NCBI RefSeq assembly: GCF_018977255.1
Contig: NW_024704743.1
Coordinates: 57,104,001-57,168,000, forward strand
DNA: 64,000 nt
Origin: Callorhinchus milii
Taxonomy: Eukaryota
Direction of reading: 5' to 3'
Shown one piece after another: positions 1 to 14,740 of this stretch. The stretch's first letter is position 1; every line of letters starts with the position of its first letter. Under the pieces are notes generated by a model. The model made no database searches, had not been told where the DNA came from, and saw nothing but the letters and a program-made list of their open reading frames with translations. Both the position numbers and the translations under genes were made by a program.

Positions 1-670
1 CGTGTACAGCTCTGGATACCCATTATAGAAAAAGGATATTAGAGCCACGGGAAGGATAGAATATTGGTTTACAAGAGAGGTGCTAGGGACGAGCAGTAAT
101 GTATTTTTTTATAGGTCAGCCAAACTACTGACATACATGGAATCCTATTGCCAGGCACAAATCTATTCTATTGAGTGTATTGAGTGTTCCACTGGGGATA
201 TGAGAACTAGCTGAATTTTCTTTCCCCGCTGGATCAGAAAAAAATAAGAGATCTTACAACTTACATCTACAATTTACATTGATATAGTACCTTTCACCTC
301 AGGGACACATCTCAATATACTCCAGGTCTTCAAAATTCTGACTCGGTAGAAGTGAAAGATTATTCCTGTTGATTGGTAATAGGGATGGGAACATAAAGTT
401 CATAAGATCATGATCTTCACTGGAAGAGTTGATGGGTAATAAGGAGAAATTTTATGTAGAAGGTTGTTGGAACAGAAAATGTTTCATCACAAGTGACTAG
501 AGAGAATATAACATGACAGTGGATTTAATAAGTACTTTAAAATAGAATTTGATAAACATTTGAAACAGACAAATATAAAAGGCTAAATGGAAACTGAAAA
601 TCCAATGGAGGAGCTAGGACTCGTAGACTCAATGGGCCAAATGGCCTTTTGTCTACAATTTCTATGATTT
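1..670 (+). mobile_element. Highly decayed CR1 3' fragments with inserts
   Basis: Remnants of the P-H-Y-R-K-D-I coding stretch at the start and the CR1 3' end gggccaaatggcct...tttctatgat at 633-668. Confidence 0.5.
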
Positions 671-821
671 TCAAGTGTGCAGGTGCAAAAATCATTAACT
701 TCAGCAAATGGAGCAAAGCAGCTCAGAATTTTATTTGAGCAAATAATAATATAATAATAATCCTTGCATTTGATGCAGCGCCTTATCACTTCATTGAGAC
801 ACCTCAAAGCGCTTCACTGAA

Positions 822-1642
822 AAGCCAGTCAGGAACCTCGGCGTTTTGTTCGACCCTGAGCTGTCCTTTCTCCCTCACATCCGCACCACAACTGGCACCG
901 CCTTCCATCACCTCCGGAATATCGCCAGATTACGGCACTACCTCACCCCTCACGCTGCTGAAACCCTGGTTCACGCCTTTGTCACCTCAAGGCTGGACTA
1001 TGGGAACTCTCTCCTCGCCGGCCTTCCCGGCACCTCCCTCCACAAGCTGCAGGTCATTCAGAATTCTGCAGCTCGTGTACTGTCCCGCACCAGGCTTCGG
1101 GACCACATCACTCCCACCCTCGCTCGCCTCCACTGGCTCCCCATCCCCCAGAGGATCGCATTCAAGATCCTCATCCTCACCTACAAGGCCATTCACGGCC
1201 TTGCTCCCTCCTACCTCTCCAACCTACTATCCCCTACCTACCTGCCCGTACCCTCCGTTCCTCTGGCTCCGGTCTGCTCCACGTCCCCGCCCCAACCGCC
1301 CTACTATCGGTGGTCGGGCCTTCAGCCTCTCAGCCCCGAGGCTCTGGAACTCCATCCCCCAGTGCCTTCGCCGCTTCCTCCCTTTCCTCCTTCAAGGCCG
1401 GTCTCAAAACCTTTCTCTTTGACCGTGCCTTCAGCTCCCCTCTCGACTCTCTTCCTCCTCCTCGCTCCCTCCCTTCCCTCCCCTCACCCTGACCATTTCC
1501 CCCTCCTCTCTCCCTCCCTTCCCTCCCCTCACCCTGACCATTTCCCCCCTGCTCGGGTCATGACCCAACTGTGCAGCGCCTTGGGACGTCCTCCTGACGT
1601 GAAAGGCGCTCTATAAATGGAATCTTGTTGTTGTTGTTGTTG
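822..1642 (+). mobile_element. L2-clade LINE, 5'-truncated 3' fragment, relatively young
   Basis: L2 ORF2 C-terminus (LRNIARLR...ETLVHAFVTSRLDYGNSLL...LQVIQNSAAR...LHWLPIPQRIAFKILILTYK...RLWNSIP), 3' UTR and (GTT)n tail. Confidence 0.92.
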
Positions 1643-3079
1643 AATATATTGTAAAGTGGATTGACCGTACATTTTGTGGCCAAAATGCGGCAGCCAATTG
1701 CCCACAGCAATGTCCCACAAACAGTCACAGGTTAAGTGACCAAATTATTATTTCTGATTATCAAAAAAATCTGTATTATCAAACAAAACTAAAGAACTCT
1801 CTGCACTTGAACTTCTGGATTATTATAGTTATATTACCTGCAATAAAGAGTCTCAGATAGCTGTGTCACATTTCTTAGAAACTAGGGCAATAAAATGAGA
1901 TAATAAACTTTAAGCCATAGATTGGCTCAGAGCCCAAAAATGGTTGCCAAACGTCAAAGTAAAAATTTACAATCCCAAACTTAAAAATATAATGTCTCAG
2001 ATGAGACTTTCTGGGGGTATTTTAGATATTGAATGAGATTGTGAAACTAAACCCAGAACAACACTTTCAGATACACTAAGTCAGCAGACATGAGAGCACA
2101 TGCTCAGAGTTTTGAAAGGCAATTTTAGGATTAAATATTTCTTTACACAAAGGGTATTCAACAGCTGGTTTGGGTTGATAGGAAAGGTAGTGAGGCCAAT
2201 GCACTGGATTCATTTAAGAAACAGTTTGGTGCTGTATTGAGAAGTTGTTATTTCTGGAAGAAAGATGGGCTAATGAGTCTTTTTTTCAATTGAACCACTC
2301 TTATGATCTTGTGAGCAGATATTAGAGAGAGTCTGGGACTCCCTCCAATCACTATACAGAAGGTTGTGAGTTCAATCCCCATGTCAGGATCTCTCAGCTC
2401 AGCTCTAGGCTGACACGCCAATATAGTGTTTGGGGAGAGCAGCATTGTCTGAGGAGCTGTATTTTAGATTAAATATTAAATTGAGGTTTCACCAGCTTTT
2501 TAGGTGGATTTTAAAGAACCTAGGACACTACCCAAAAACAGTAGAGTTTCTTCCACTCTCTGACAATCCTTCAAAATAATTTATAGGCATTGCTCTGCAC
2601 AAATTGACTGCTCTGTTCACCTAAAATACACAATGACTACACTGTGACAGGCTTATGACATTATAGATGCTATACCAAAAGAAGGATGGTCATTATTATT
2701 ATACTGCAACACATGGGATTGAATCTGGAAACCTGCAAGAGAGAGAGGCCTTGTGAGATCTGCACAAACACTGATCTCTGTTTCCACATTACTATCCTGA
2801 TTCAAAAAGAGTAATGAATTTCTCCCAGTGTCCTGGCCACAATTCTTCAGATCAAATGGGCCATTCACTTCATGGCTGTTTTTGGGACGTTGAAATTGGC
2901 TATCTCATTCACTCACAAAATATACAGACATTTACACTTTACAATAATTCCTATGAAGCACTTTGAGATGGCTCGATAATGTGATAAGGTAATATGGCGT
3001 ATCAAATGCAAGGATTAATATAAAATTCTTGTTAGCTAATTGGGCGATTGCGTTTTTCTGCATCGAGATCTTAAGAATA

Positions 3080-3292
3080 GCTCATGTTCTTGGTCTTGAG
3101 ACTATCGTCTTAAAAATTAATATTGGGTAGAGTTTTGGAAAGTTCTTAAATTGGTTCTTAATTTGGAAGCTGAGGTTCTTAAACAAGACTGGAAAAAAGG
3201 CTTCCAAATTAAGTCAGAATTTAAAAATTTCTCAAAAGCTTCTGCGCAACCTTCAGTTGAACACAATGGTCCTAAAGCTAAGAACATGGGAA
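3080..3292. repeat. Palindromic MITE-like element
   Basis: CTTAATTTGGAAGC / GCTTCCAAATTAAG inner arms and CATGTTCTT / AAGAACATG outer arms; related pieces at ~13400-13540, 20010-20130, 63050-63140. Confidence 0.6.
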
Positions 3293-6200
3293 ATTTTTAT
3301 CTGCTATGCATTCCACAGATGTAATCACTGATCGGCAAAACAGTAACTAGAGGGCATCAATTTAAGATTAATTTAAACCTAACTGGACCATGATGCTACT
3401 CTGTGCTCTGCCAGCCAAAAATTAGTCTAACCTTGCCGTGGAATGTCACTAGTACTGTAATTGCTGAGGAGCAGTGCTATCAAAAATATTACTGCGGCCC
3501 AACAAGCAGAATTATATCTTACAATGCTTTGAACCTGGAGATGTTTACAAGGAGAAAGATTCAACCACCTACAAAAGGCTTATCTGCCTCTACTAACCTC
3601 CTCTCCCTGCCCCACCCTCCAAGTTATAATCACTTTGTGGTTAAAGGTCTGTTATTACAATGTCAGAGTATAAGCTCTAAAGCGGGAGGTGTTTTAGTGC
3701 AGGGCCGTGCTCAAGTACAGTTAAGAAATAAGTCCATAGTGCCAATGCAAAAAGGCTTACTTAGCAAGGATGATATGTACTTACTGATATCAGAATCCAT
3801 TTACTCCCCCAATTCTGTGACTTTTGACAAATTTTACTGCCACATTTATTTCCTTTACGTGCAGAGAAATATGAAGGAGCAGCAATGACAATGATTTACC
3901 TGAATTGACCCCATCAAATACTCTTTTAATGCTGCAGAACCATTTTAAGAGCAAATGACTGAAAAATTGGGAATTCAGCAGGAAAAAATGTACCCTAGTA
4001 GAGAGAGCTGCAAAGGGGAGGAATGAAGATAATAATAATAATAATCCTTGCATTTCATAAACACTTAAACCCCAGCTGGGGAAGGGCCAGGGCTTGGGTG
4101 GGGGGATTCGGTCTGGAGAGACAGAATTTCCTGCAATTATAATGGTCTTCCAAGCTCCTTTGTCTGCAAAATCTAACCGCTGCAAAACTGCCACCCATGT
4201 ACTCACCCACTTTAAACTCTGCACTCTCACTGCTCGCCAGGCTCCACATCACAGAACGGTTCGACTTCAAGATCCTCACATTCATCTACAAATCCCTTCA
4301 CGCCCTGGGACCTCCCTACCTCTCCGGCCTGCTTATTCCCCACGCCGCCACCCGCTACACCCCCTTGGCTGACTCTGGTCGTCTGCATATCCCTCATTCC
4401 TTCCGTTCCAAATCCAGGTCATTTAAACTGTTGGGGGATTTATCTGCAGCACCCTTAAAGAGGTGAGCTATAGATAGATTTTAGGGGGTGAGCCTAGCCA
4501 CCCGCCACTTATGTTTGTTAGTACATTTACTTCTAGTGTACTATGTGCCAGTTTCACTCACTTTATTAACAATCCCCATGTCCCAGCCTGTGCAGGCCTG
4601 TGTACTAGTTTGTGAAACCTTGTGTACCTGCCTATGCAAATTAGTGTACTTAATGTATTTATGACACTATTTTGCTAGGATTGGCATAAAAGTGAACCAC
4701 AACAATTTGAACTCAAGATGAAATAAAGTGTTTGCAAAGCAACGGTATTCAGCGCATGTTAGAATTCTCTCAGTAGCCTAACAACATGAAAAATCACAAA
4801 CACTATTGAAGGGGAACTAGCCTATTTATTATGGAAACTTGGTGAAACCAAATGGGTTTGAATGTTTATAGTCTAGCACTGTAATATTCTCTGGCTCGTT
4901 CTATTTATCGGTTTGGTAGCAGTGCAGGAGAGGTGGTACCTTCCCCCATGCAAAGTCTTCTGATGGAAACAAAAATAATATTTGCAAGTGAGCTTTCTTG
5001 TTAACCCTCTTTTGATCTGACTCTTTTGTAACCTCATCTGATTCTGTGTGAAACTTTAATACAGATATCTGGAACAAATGAAGGTATTATTCTTTGTAAC
5101 ATTGAAATGTTTTTTTTTGCTCAAAACAATATTTCATCTGTTCGTGAAAAGTCATGCAACCTTTAATTTCTGACATTTCTGGAAAAAGCATGGTACGCAT
5201 TTCGATCAGAAAACAAAGGTGAGTGTACAAGATTTTTTACACAACGTGTGTTGGAATATGGAATGTTTTACTGTAAATGACTGTCCAAACTAAGTGACAA
5301 ACAGCATTTATAATAAATGGACTATATATATGAAGACTAATATTGCTGGCTTTATAGGGAATGGGAGAAGCAAGAATGGGCCTGTGGTTGCTATGGGTTG
5401 GGGCTGCTCAGAGGACTGGCCCAACTAATTACCTCCAGAATACTCAGCCTACCATCCTTCATCACAGCAACAAACTGCTTTTTAATTGATTCCAGTGTTT
5501 TGGGCTCACATGCTCTCGTTCTGCTGTCTACTTTAGTGTGTTTTATTTGGGGGATTGTTAGGCAGGACACTGGGAGAAGTCATGAAGTTGTCACTCGATT
5601 CCAAGTCTTGTTTTATCATATTCCTGTTTTCTCCCCATCCTTTGCTGGTGGGACTGAGTCACGCTAAGATACTTTGGTACTTCACCCAGGGAATGAGTTT
5701 ATGTCTGAGTACAGTCTGAGGATAGACATTTAATTTGGCTATTTGACTGAAGCACAATAAGGGCTCCATCATGTTTTTAACCAACATCTAAACACAAGAA
5801 AACCTTTCAGTGGGTGTTGGCAGACAATGATCACGAGTGGAAATTCTGGTTGAGTTTTGTTCTCTTCTGCAGCCCAGCACTATTGAGGCCAGCTTTAGCA
5901 GCTGTGTAGCTGTCCTGGCTAAGATCAACTAGTTCAGCACAAACTTGGAATTAAACGTTCTATCCGTTCAAACCTGTCTGCCTGTATAGCCTCACACTGA
6001 ATGGCAAGTTTATTTAATGAGCCTTAGAGAGGAGGTGAGGTGATCATTTTTCTTTAACATTAATATTTATGTAAATTATTTTATACTATTAGCCTAATAA
6101 AAATAAGTTTCATTGTTATTAGATTGATTTTTTTCATATTTTTAAAAAAATGTCCTCACTTTCCTTGAAGCTAAATTGACAGTAAAAATATGAATGCGGA

Positions 6201-6404
6201 ACAATTGGAGAATGAAAACAGGAATGTTAACAGGTGCCAAACACATTGCAAAAAAACAGCCACCCATGGCTCAGGAGTTCCAGGCTGTCAGGCTAAAACA
6301 TATTTCTGCTTGTGTATTTAATGGAAGTGGTGTGACCTCATGCAAACAAAGCAGCAGGTGAAAAACATTTCTAAAACCGGACCAGATGTTATCGGTTTAA
6401 GTCA

Positions 6405-6599
<195 letters not shown>

Positions 6600-8037
6600 C
6601 TAAAGTAGCAAAAGAAACAAACACGTCTTTATTAAAGTTTGTGTACAAAAGGGACGCTAAAAATTTAACAATTTAAACAGGAGACCTCGAAAATTACTGT
6701 CAGTGGAGAAATAAAAGTACCTCTTTCTAATTTACCTATACTGTAATTGCCAACATTTGAGGTTCTAGTGGCTTCATTAAACGGAGCACAAAGGAACAAT
6801 TCCACTGTCACACCACTAAGTTCCTGCTGATGGAAGTTGTCACTATTGCAAGACACAATGCCCACATTATTCTAGGTTAGTGGAAATAAAGGTATATCAG
6901 CCCAGCAAACTAGTGGATGTGAATACAAGATCACAAGATTAGCTTGAGTGAAGAAGACCTTTTTGTCTTACGATCTCACTCTTCTAGAATACCCACCTAC
7001 CACAGTCTCTTAACAGTATACAAGCTGTTTTTATTAAAAAAAGAGTTCAATGTCATGCCATCAACCAGGTTACCATTAGAGATCCAAAACGAGATTTACC
7101 TGTGTCACCACCACAAGCTTGTTGGCAAAGGTGCTTCCAGTATAAAATATATGATTGCCACAAACCGATTGTTGCGATTCATGCAACAAAACCCTTCTGT
7201 AACTATTGTTGGCCTTCAGGTAAGATATTAAACTGAGGTCTCTTCTGCCTCTTCTTGTAGGTGTTGGAGATCCCATGGCACAATTCAAAAGGAGAGGGAA
7301 GTTTCTCCCAGTGTCCTGGCCAACAAACTCTAAGATAATGTTGGTCATTCACTTCATGGCTGTTTGTAGGACATTGCTGTGTGAAACGTTCACCTACAAA
7401 TACAGTCACGACAGTTCACAATGACTTACATGAAATGCTTTTGGGGGTCCTTGGGATAAGGTGCTATATAAATGCAAATTATATTATACATCAAATGCAA
7501 GATTATTCAACTTAAGTTATTTAGATGGGTGCCTTAATGATTATCTAAACTGGTGTGTTTAGTTTGTGAGTGTGAAATCCCCATCAGAATACACTGATGG
7601 TATTAATTTCAATCAAATACCTTGTTGTACAAATTCCAACTTTCTAATTGCAGGAAATAAAACAGTATGAACACTGTCAGCCTGAATATTTGTCCCTGGG
7701 TCTTCTGCAGTACTACATTTCACATCAGAGATTAGGTTGTTAGTTGATTGGTGGATTGCTTTATGGTAATAATCCCTTCAAAAAATTAAATAAATAAATA
7801 GTTTGGTTACTCAATCCATAACTGTTGGTGGGACTATGTGCAATTGGCTGCACGTTTCGCCCCCAAAATACTCTTTACAATGTATTCTCTGAAGCGCTTT
7901 GAGATGTTTGGATGACATGATAAGGCACTACATCAAATGCAAGAATTATTATGCTTTATCATTTATTTGTATCCTCATTTCCATTCAAACTGAAGTAAAT
8001 AATCTTCAGCACCACATCATAGAATCATAGAATCGTA

Positions 8038-8828
8038 CAGTACAAAAAGAGGCCATTCGGCCCATTGAGTTTATGCCGGCTCTTTGAATAGAGCAATGTA
8101 ATGTCAATCCCACTCCCCAGCCCTTTCCCCATAACCCTGCAAACCCGTCCTCCTCAAATACCCGTCCACCGCGTTTTTAAAAGTAGTTATCGAATCGGCC
8201 TCCACAACCCTTTCAGGCAATGCTTTCCAGATTCGAACAACTCGTTGTGTGAAAAAATGTCTTCTCACCTCCCCTCTGCTTCTTTTAGATACTATTTTGA
8301 ATCTGTGACCTCGAGTCACCGACACACCCACCAGTGGAAACAGTTTTTCCCTTTCTAACCTATCAAATCCCCTCATGATTTTGAAGACCTCTATTAGGTC
8401 TCCTCGTAACCTTCTCTGCTCCAATGAGAATAATCCCGGCCTCTCTAGCCTTTCCTCATAATCAAGGTCCCTCATTCCTCGTAAATCTCCTCTGCATCCT
8501 TTCCAATGCTTTAACATCCTTCCTGTAGTGTGGTGCCCAGAACTGGGCGCAGTATTCTAGCTGAGGCCTAACCAGTGTTTTATATAGGTTAATCATAACC
8601 TCCTGACTCTTGTACTCTATGCCCCTATTTATAAAGCCTAGTACCCCATATGCCCTTTTTACAGCTTTATCTACCTGTCCTGCCACCCTCAAGGATTCAT
8701 TTACCTGCACCCCCAGGTCTCTCTGTTCTTTTTAAGATTGTATTACCAGCCTATATTGCCTCCCCTCATTTTTTTTCTACCAAAATGCATTACCTCGCAT
8801 TTCTCCACATTGAAATTCAACTGCCATG
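8038..8828 (-). mobile_element. CR1-clade LINE 3' fragment
   Basis: LYKTLVRPQLEYCAQFWAPH, LFSLEQRRLRGDLIEVFKIM, TRGHRFK, FFTQRVVRIW; (ATTCTATG)-type 8-mer tail at ~8038-8055. Confidence 0.93.
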
Positions 8829-11800
8829 ATGCAAATCTCATTGTTGTACTGATTCAGAAAAAAATAGTTTCATGAAACCTTTGCTAAGGTGCTCCTATAT
8901 CATTAATTTGCATTGAGATAACGGCAGCATTTAAAGTACAAATTTGATTTTAATATTCGGTTTCAATAATAATAAATAATGCAATATCCTTGCATTCAAT
9001 ATGTCACCTTTGCAGTCAAAATGTTTCAAGGTATTTCACAGGTAATTGCTCTCAATTGCTTTGTTTTGGCCAGTGAATCGACCATACACTGAAAGCATTT
9101 GAAGGGAAACTCAGCAGCAAATTTGCACACAGCAGTAAAAAGCAGTAAAAGAGCAATGAAATGGACAACCGATTTATGTGCAGGATTGTTGGTCAGGAAA
9201 ACCCCCATCTCTTTATCAACACTGTCATGGGATTTTTTGTGGGCACCTGAACAGACAGACAGAATTCGGTTTCAAGAGTTATCAGAAGGACCCCCAACAG
9301 CACAGCATATCCTGGTGCTGCACTGTAACATCAGCCTGAAGTGTTGTTGCTCAAATTCCCATGGGAAGCAAAGCCTTAACCCACAACCTTCTGACCCAGA
9401 AGGAAGAGTGCTACCAAGCTGAGTTTTGAATTAGCTGAACACCTCAATAAGCATCTGTTTTCAAACTGTCACAGTATCATAATTTACATCAATTATTAAT
9501 TATTAATTTAGAAGAAGTTCCCACATGTATAACTGGAAATAAACTCACAACTGAAGAAATTACAGTTACTACACATAGTTTGGCCACTGTGACAATTGTG
9601 AATGCACTTTGTGTTATATATTTCCTGCTTGCAAACATCTTTTCCAGATAAGACATCTGTGACTTGAACTTTAACATCTAATATTTCCAGTTGGCAGACG
9701 TTGCAACATGAACAGGCAGTATAGATTAAAATAATAACTGACTTTATATACAAGCTCCGATTCCAATAACACATACCAACACATAGAACACATACCAACA
9801 CTACTGTAAAAAAGCACTAGAGTTTATGAGTCAATATAAAACAATAAACAGGCATTGGTTTAATTGAACCTTGTGCACAAATGCTGATACTGGTTTCAAT
9901 TCTCAGATGGATGAACAAAGGTTGTTCTCTGAATTATCAAAATCGGCTCTCTGATATCTTGCTTTCTCTATCCTTCAGAAAGGGATTGGGATTTCCATGG
10001 ATAAACCATGCCACACCTTCCACAATTCACACAAAATACAATGCTTACGGAAAGCTTTTAGAGTGTCCACCTCTTTTGGACACTGAAATGCCATATATCT
10101 GCTTCCAAGAGATTTCAAAACAGGACAGCTGCCAGTTACCACATCACTGGGTATATAAACCCAAAAGCTTTCTCTTAGGCTGACTGAGAAGATTCAAACA
10201 AGCACTTCGCACCCTTTCTTCAAATAGCGCAAATTAGATTACCAAAACACACAAGATATTGGTGGATTGTGATCCAGTCAATGTGATATAATTGTTCTGA
10301 TGTTACCCCATGTGAAGGGCGCCATATGAATGCAAGTCTTTGTTCTGACAAAGACACAAGAAGAAAATTAAATTAACACATACATGAGGTATCCCCCAAA
10401 AAGTACTCTTTTTGGCTATCAACAGCAAAACAAATTGGAATAACTATTTTTTTTAAAAAACAATCCTTTAATTTGATAGTGCACTTTTCATGTTGGAAGG
10501 ACATCTAAAAGTACTTCACAGGATTTTACTATAAAGCACAGTGTTACAACTACCCTGACTACTTTTACAAGTCCACAAACTTCCCAGAATTAGGTAAACA
10601 GGTGCAATGCTTCAGGGAGAGATTCACATTTTATTCCAGACACAAGGACATTTCCATGTGTAAGTAACATGCATGGGACACTCAGTCAGGTTTGCATACT
10701 GTTAATCTGATTTATAAACTTTTTTTGTTTATTTGTTTATTCTTCACACATTCGCAGCTGTTTGTGACCTTAACTGTTTGTGTTCCTCTTAAATTTGTTA
10801 ACCTTAGCAAAGCCTTCAATCTGTGAAAATGAGTTTATGTCTTTACATGAGGCACAGATACTAAACTCCTACATTCCTCTGTATTGCAATAGCCTAGAAC
10901 AGTAGTCCTCAATAATCTGCTGCAAAAATACATTCCGTGGAAAACATGCACAGTACGGCAAACCTGTTGTAGTCCAGCTAGGACCACCCTACTTCTTAGG
11001 GATTTGGCTAACAGAGTTAACAAAAGCCAAGTGGGAAAAGTCCCTAACCCCAGTGACTGGCCTGCCCCTATCTATGCCTCAGGTATTGGATTACCAAAAC
11101 CACAGAGGGTTGACTCAATTCCAATAATATGTTGCCAAGCACGTCACTTTGGAATCAGCTCAATTCCAAGTAGAGATTGCTCACCTATTCCCTGAGGAAG
11201 ACACTAGATGGATGCCTAGGTACAGAGAACTCTGAGCAACACAGTTTTCTCTTGAGCAACCCAGCTCAGCATGAAATTTGTGAGAGCATTGCCACATCTT
11301 CCTGCACACAGCTCGGATACACATACCTGCCCATTGAGCAATTCCACCTGCACGGAGCTTGATCAACATCCTGACATTCAAATCCCTCCATGGCTTTGGC
11401 CACCCTACATCTGTCACCCCTAAGATTCTACAGACCCGACACCTGCCTCAATTCAGTGAACACTGGCCTATTTCATGTCCTCAGCCCGATCGACCCCACC
11501 ATCAGTTAGTGAGCTTTCAGTCATTCTATGCATGCTCAGAGTCCTCCCAACTCACCCTTTCTCTCCCCACCTTTGAAGACCGCCTTAAGATCTATCTTTT
11601 CAATCATGATTTCACCCTGCTCCCACCCACCGTGTAACAGCTCGGGTGCCCAATCAGCTGTGTAAAGTGCTTTGAAATGTCCTACCAATTTGAAAGGTGC
11701 TAAATTATTATGATGATAAATGAAAGTAAAATTAATTTAACACTTTTCAAAGGTGCTACATGTAAAATAATGTTGTTGATTGATCCTAAAGCCTCCCAGG

Positions 11801-12804
11801 GCAGCCAGAGTGTGGCACTTGAAATGCCAGTTCGGGATATACCAGCACAACTTTGAGTATCTCACTAACAAGACCTCCACTTGTGATATGCCACCATGGG
11901 CGGCTTCAGACCATTGTTATGGAATCATTAAGAGAGAGTGGGTGTTGCAACTACCGAGTAGACTGTAGTTATCAACTGCCCGCCTTGACTGTGTTTTTTC
12001 GACTGTGTGTTACTTATCGTTGGTGATAATCTTAACAGACTGATCATCAATTGATCATAAATTGATCACAAATTTCACTCCATTTTCTTGGCTTTTTTTT
12101 CCACAGCCTTTTGGTGAATAATCCTTGCATTTGAGAAAGTGTCTTTCACACCAGGAGGGTGTTTCAAAATGCTTCACACGATATACCGGAAAGCGCAGTG
12201 ACTTTGTATCTAGCAGGCGACTGTGGCAGCCAATCTGCGCACCGCAATGTCAAACAAACAATCATGAAGTGAATGTCCATGCTTAGTTGGTAGCACATCC
12301 ATCATCCCAATCTGTGGGGAAAGGCCAAGGAAATGGCACTCAAAGGATTTCTCTTTAAAGAGCCAGCACAGGCACAATGGGTGAAAGGCCTTCTGGTGCT
12401 GTAAATTTCTGTGGTTTGCTGTGTGGGTAGCATTGGATGTGAGAGTGTTGCCTGCAGCACCAACTTTACAACACCCCAAAATGGCTTGCCACTCGATGGC
12501 AGTGGTAATCTATGTGGGGGGGGGGCATTTTGTGGTGAATCATCCTTTCACAATGAAGGTTTTAATCGTTGCCAGGATCCATTGGCTCCCTGTCTTTAAA
12601 AGAATCGAGTTCAAGATCTTCAGCCTCACATAAAAAACCCTCCATTCCCAAGGTTAGGATATGGGGTCTGGTGTAAAAGCCCTTTGGCTCAGAGCAAGAA
12701 AGTTCTGTGGTTTTTCTGTAGATGAGCTTGCACTTGTTGCAGTCTCTCTGTAAAACTGATTGTGTCATCTGATAACTTAAGCGCAGTACCGCTCCTCCAG
12801 CCCT

Positions 12805-13372
12805 CGGGTGTCAGCCTGACTCAGTTAGTAGCACTCTTGCCTCTGAGTCAGATGGTTATGGGTATTTTGAATTCATATGGTCTAAACAGACACTCTAATG
12901 CAGAGCCGGTGTTGTGCTGCATTGATAGATTATAACCTGATTACTATTATTACTCATGGGTGGACTCAGCAAAACATGCGCATGTTCAATTATCACGTTT
13001 ACTGAAATCAGTGAGATTGTGGGGTCAAGCCCTACATTGGGACATGATCTCACAATCTAGGCTCATATACTAGCGCAGGTGCCAGTTCAGTGTGCTCACT
13101 GTTAGAGGTTCCCTGCCTGAGATGAGGCGTTAAAATCGAGGTCCAGTCTGTCTGTTCAGGTGGACAGTTACAATCTCGTGACACTGTTTGAAAAGAGAAG
13201 AGCATTTCTCTCAGTGTCCTAGCCACTGGTTCACTTAATGGCTGTTTATGGAACCTTGGGTGCAAATTGGCTGTCACATTTGTCCACAAATACACCGTCA
13301 GCACACAAGGCACTCTTGATAGCAATTACCCCTGAAATACTTTGTGTGTTTGGACATTATAAAGAGCTATGT
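12805..13372 (+). mobile_element. Deu-domain SINE (SacSINE1/AmnSINE1-like), old
   Basis: tRNA-like head tcagcctgactcagttagtagcactcttgcctctgagtcag, then gatgaggcgttaaaatcgaggtcc...gtgtcctagcca, resembling the Deu domain as I recall it. Confidence 0.7.
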
Positions 13373-14159
13373 TAAGAATTAAGAGGCCTGAAACTCCACC
13401 TAATCTTAAAATGGAAACCAGCTTTAAGAATCACAGAAAGACAGTTTCCTGGTTAAGATTGAATTTCAGATTTTTTTTTCAGTTCCGCACAATCTTACAT
13501 TTTAAGAGAAACTGGTCATAAAGGCCAAGACTAAGCAGAATTTCTGGACTCCGGTCTGATGGTTTTCTGCCCTTGGATAGAATTAGCTGAGAAGTTTAGT
13601 AAGTGCAGCCCTCCAAAGGTTAGTAAACAGTAGAATTTCACCTCCGTCTGGCTTTCGAAAATATTAATAACTCATTTTACGTAGTCTTTTCAAACTGGCA
13701 GGGAACTTATTTTCATATAACTGATGAAGATAAAGTGTTATTGTACTATTGACTCAGGGAGGAGGCACAGCTCGAACAGTTGCACATTCTTGTTTTTTTC
13801 CTTAACACCCTAAATTATGTCAACAGTCTTAATTTACATCATTAATGTTCTGCACAAAATTTCGATTCCCAGAATGAGCTCAGGCCAGAGTTTGGCTGTG
13901 ATCCAATCATGGTCATCGAATCTATCATATTAAAAGTCTAAGTTCCTACATAAATGGGAACTTAGCCTGCTGGTTACGAGGTCTATGACTGGGCATGAAT
14001 CGTCACCTTTCAGCGAAAAGGAAATTTTTTAACGTGATGATAGAAATAACACTGTCCATTTACATCAACTTTACTATTCACCATAGATACAGGGATTGAA
14101 ACACAGCATGTTTTTAATTAAATTTCCTCCCCATCTCTTTCATATGCATGTTGTGTGGT

Positions 14160-14740
14160 GCAACAATTTATATTTATACAGCGTCTTTCATGTTACGAGG
14201 CCGTCTTAAAATGCTTCACATTGCTGACTGGACAACTGAGCTGGGGGCAGGGGAGTTGAAGAGTTTGAGGGGGAAAGATGACCAAAAGCACAGTTGAAGA
14301 GATAAATCTTAAGGCAGGTTTTAAAAGTGGGGAGGGAGACTCGGAGATGGAGTCCCAAAGAACAGACCAGAATAGCTGAAAGCTTGAGTGGACTGGGCAG
14401 AGGACGTGTAGCAGGACAGTGTTGCTGAGCAGAGGGATCCGGTTCACCCCCAGGTCAGTGTTGTTCAAGGAAGCTGCAGAGGTAGGTTGAGGTTCTGGCA
14501 AATCAAAGATGGATTTGAACATGAGGACAAGGATCCTGAACTCGATCCACTGGGGATGGGGAGCCAGTGTTGTCGAGCGAGGATAGGGGTGATAGGCTCA
14601 TGGAGCCTGGTGCAGGAGAGGTCATGGGCTAGAGAGTTCTGGCTAGTCTGCCACTCATGTTGGGAGGAGTTGGAGAGTCCAGTACGCAGGGTGTTCGAAT
14701 AATCAAGCCTGGATGTGATGAAGGTGTGAATGAGTCTCGA
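14160..14740 (-). mobile_element. L2 3' fragment in SCIN intron 2
   Basis: Minus-strand HWLPIPSGSSSG/FRIL-type region and L2 tail. Confidence 0.75.

Noticed and set aside
846..1616. 256 aa ORF as a host gene
   Set aside because: L2 ORF2 C-terminus with a frameshift; 5'-truncated retrocopy
10043..10162. Possible alternative SCIN first exon (TATA-like, ATG, CC|GTAAGC donor on minus)
   Set aside because: Donor is phase 1 while exon 3 is phase 0; motifs are expected by chance
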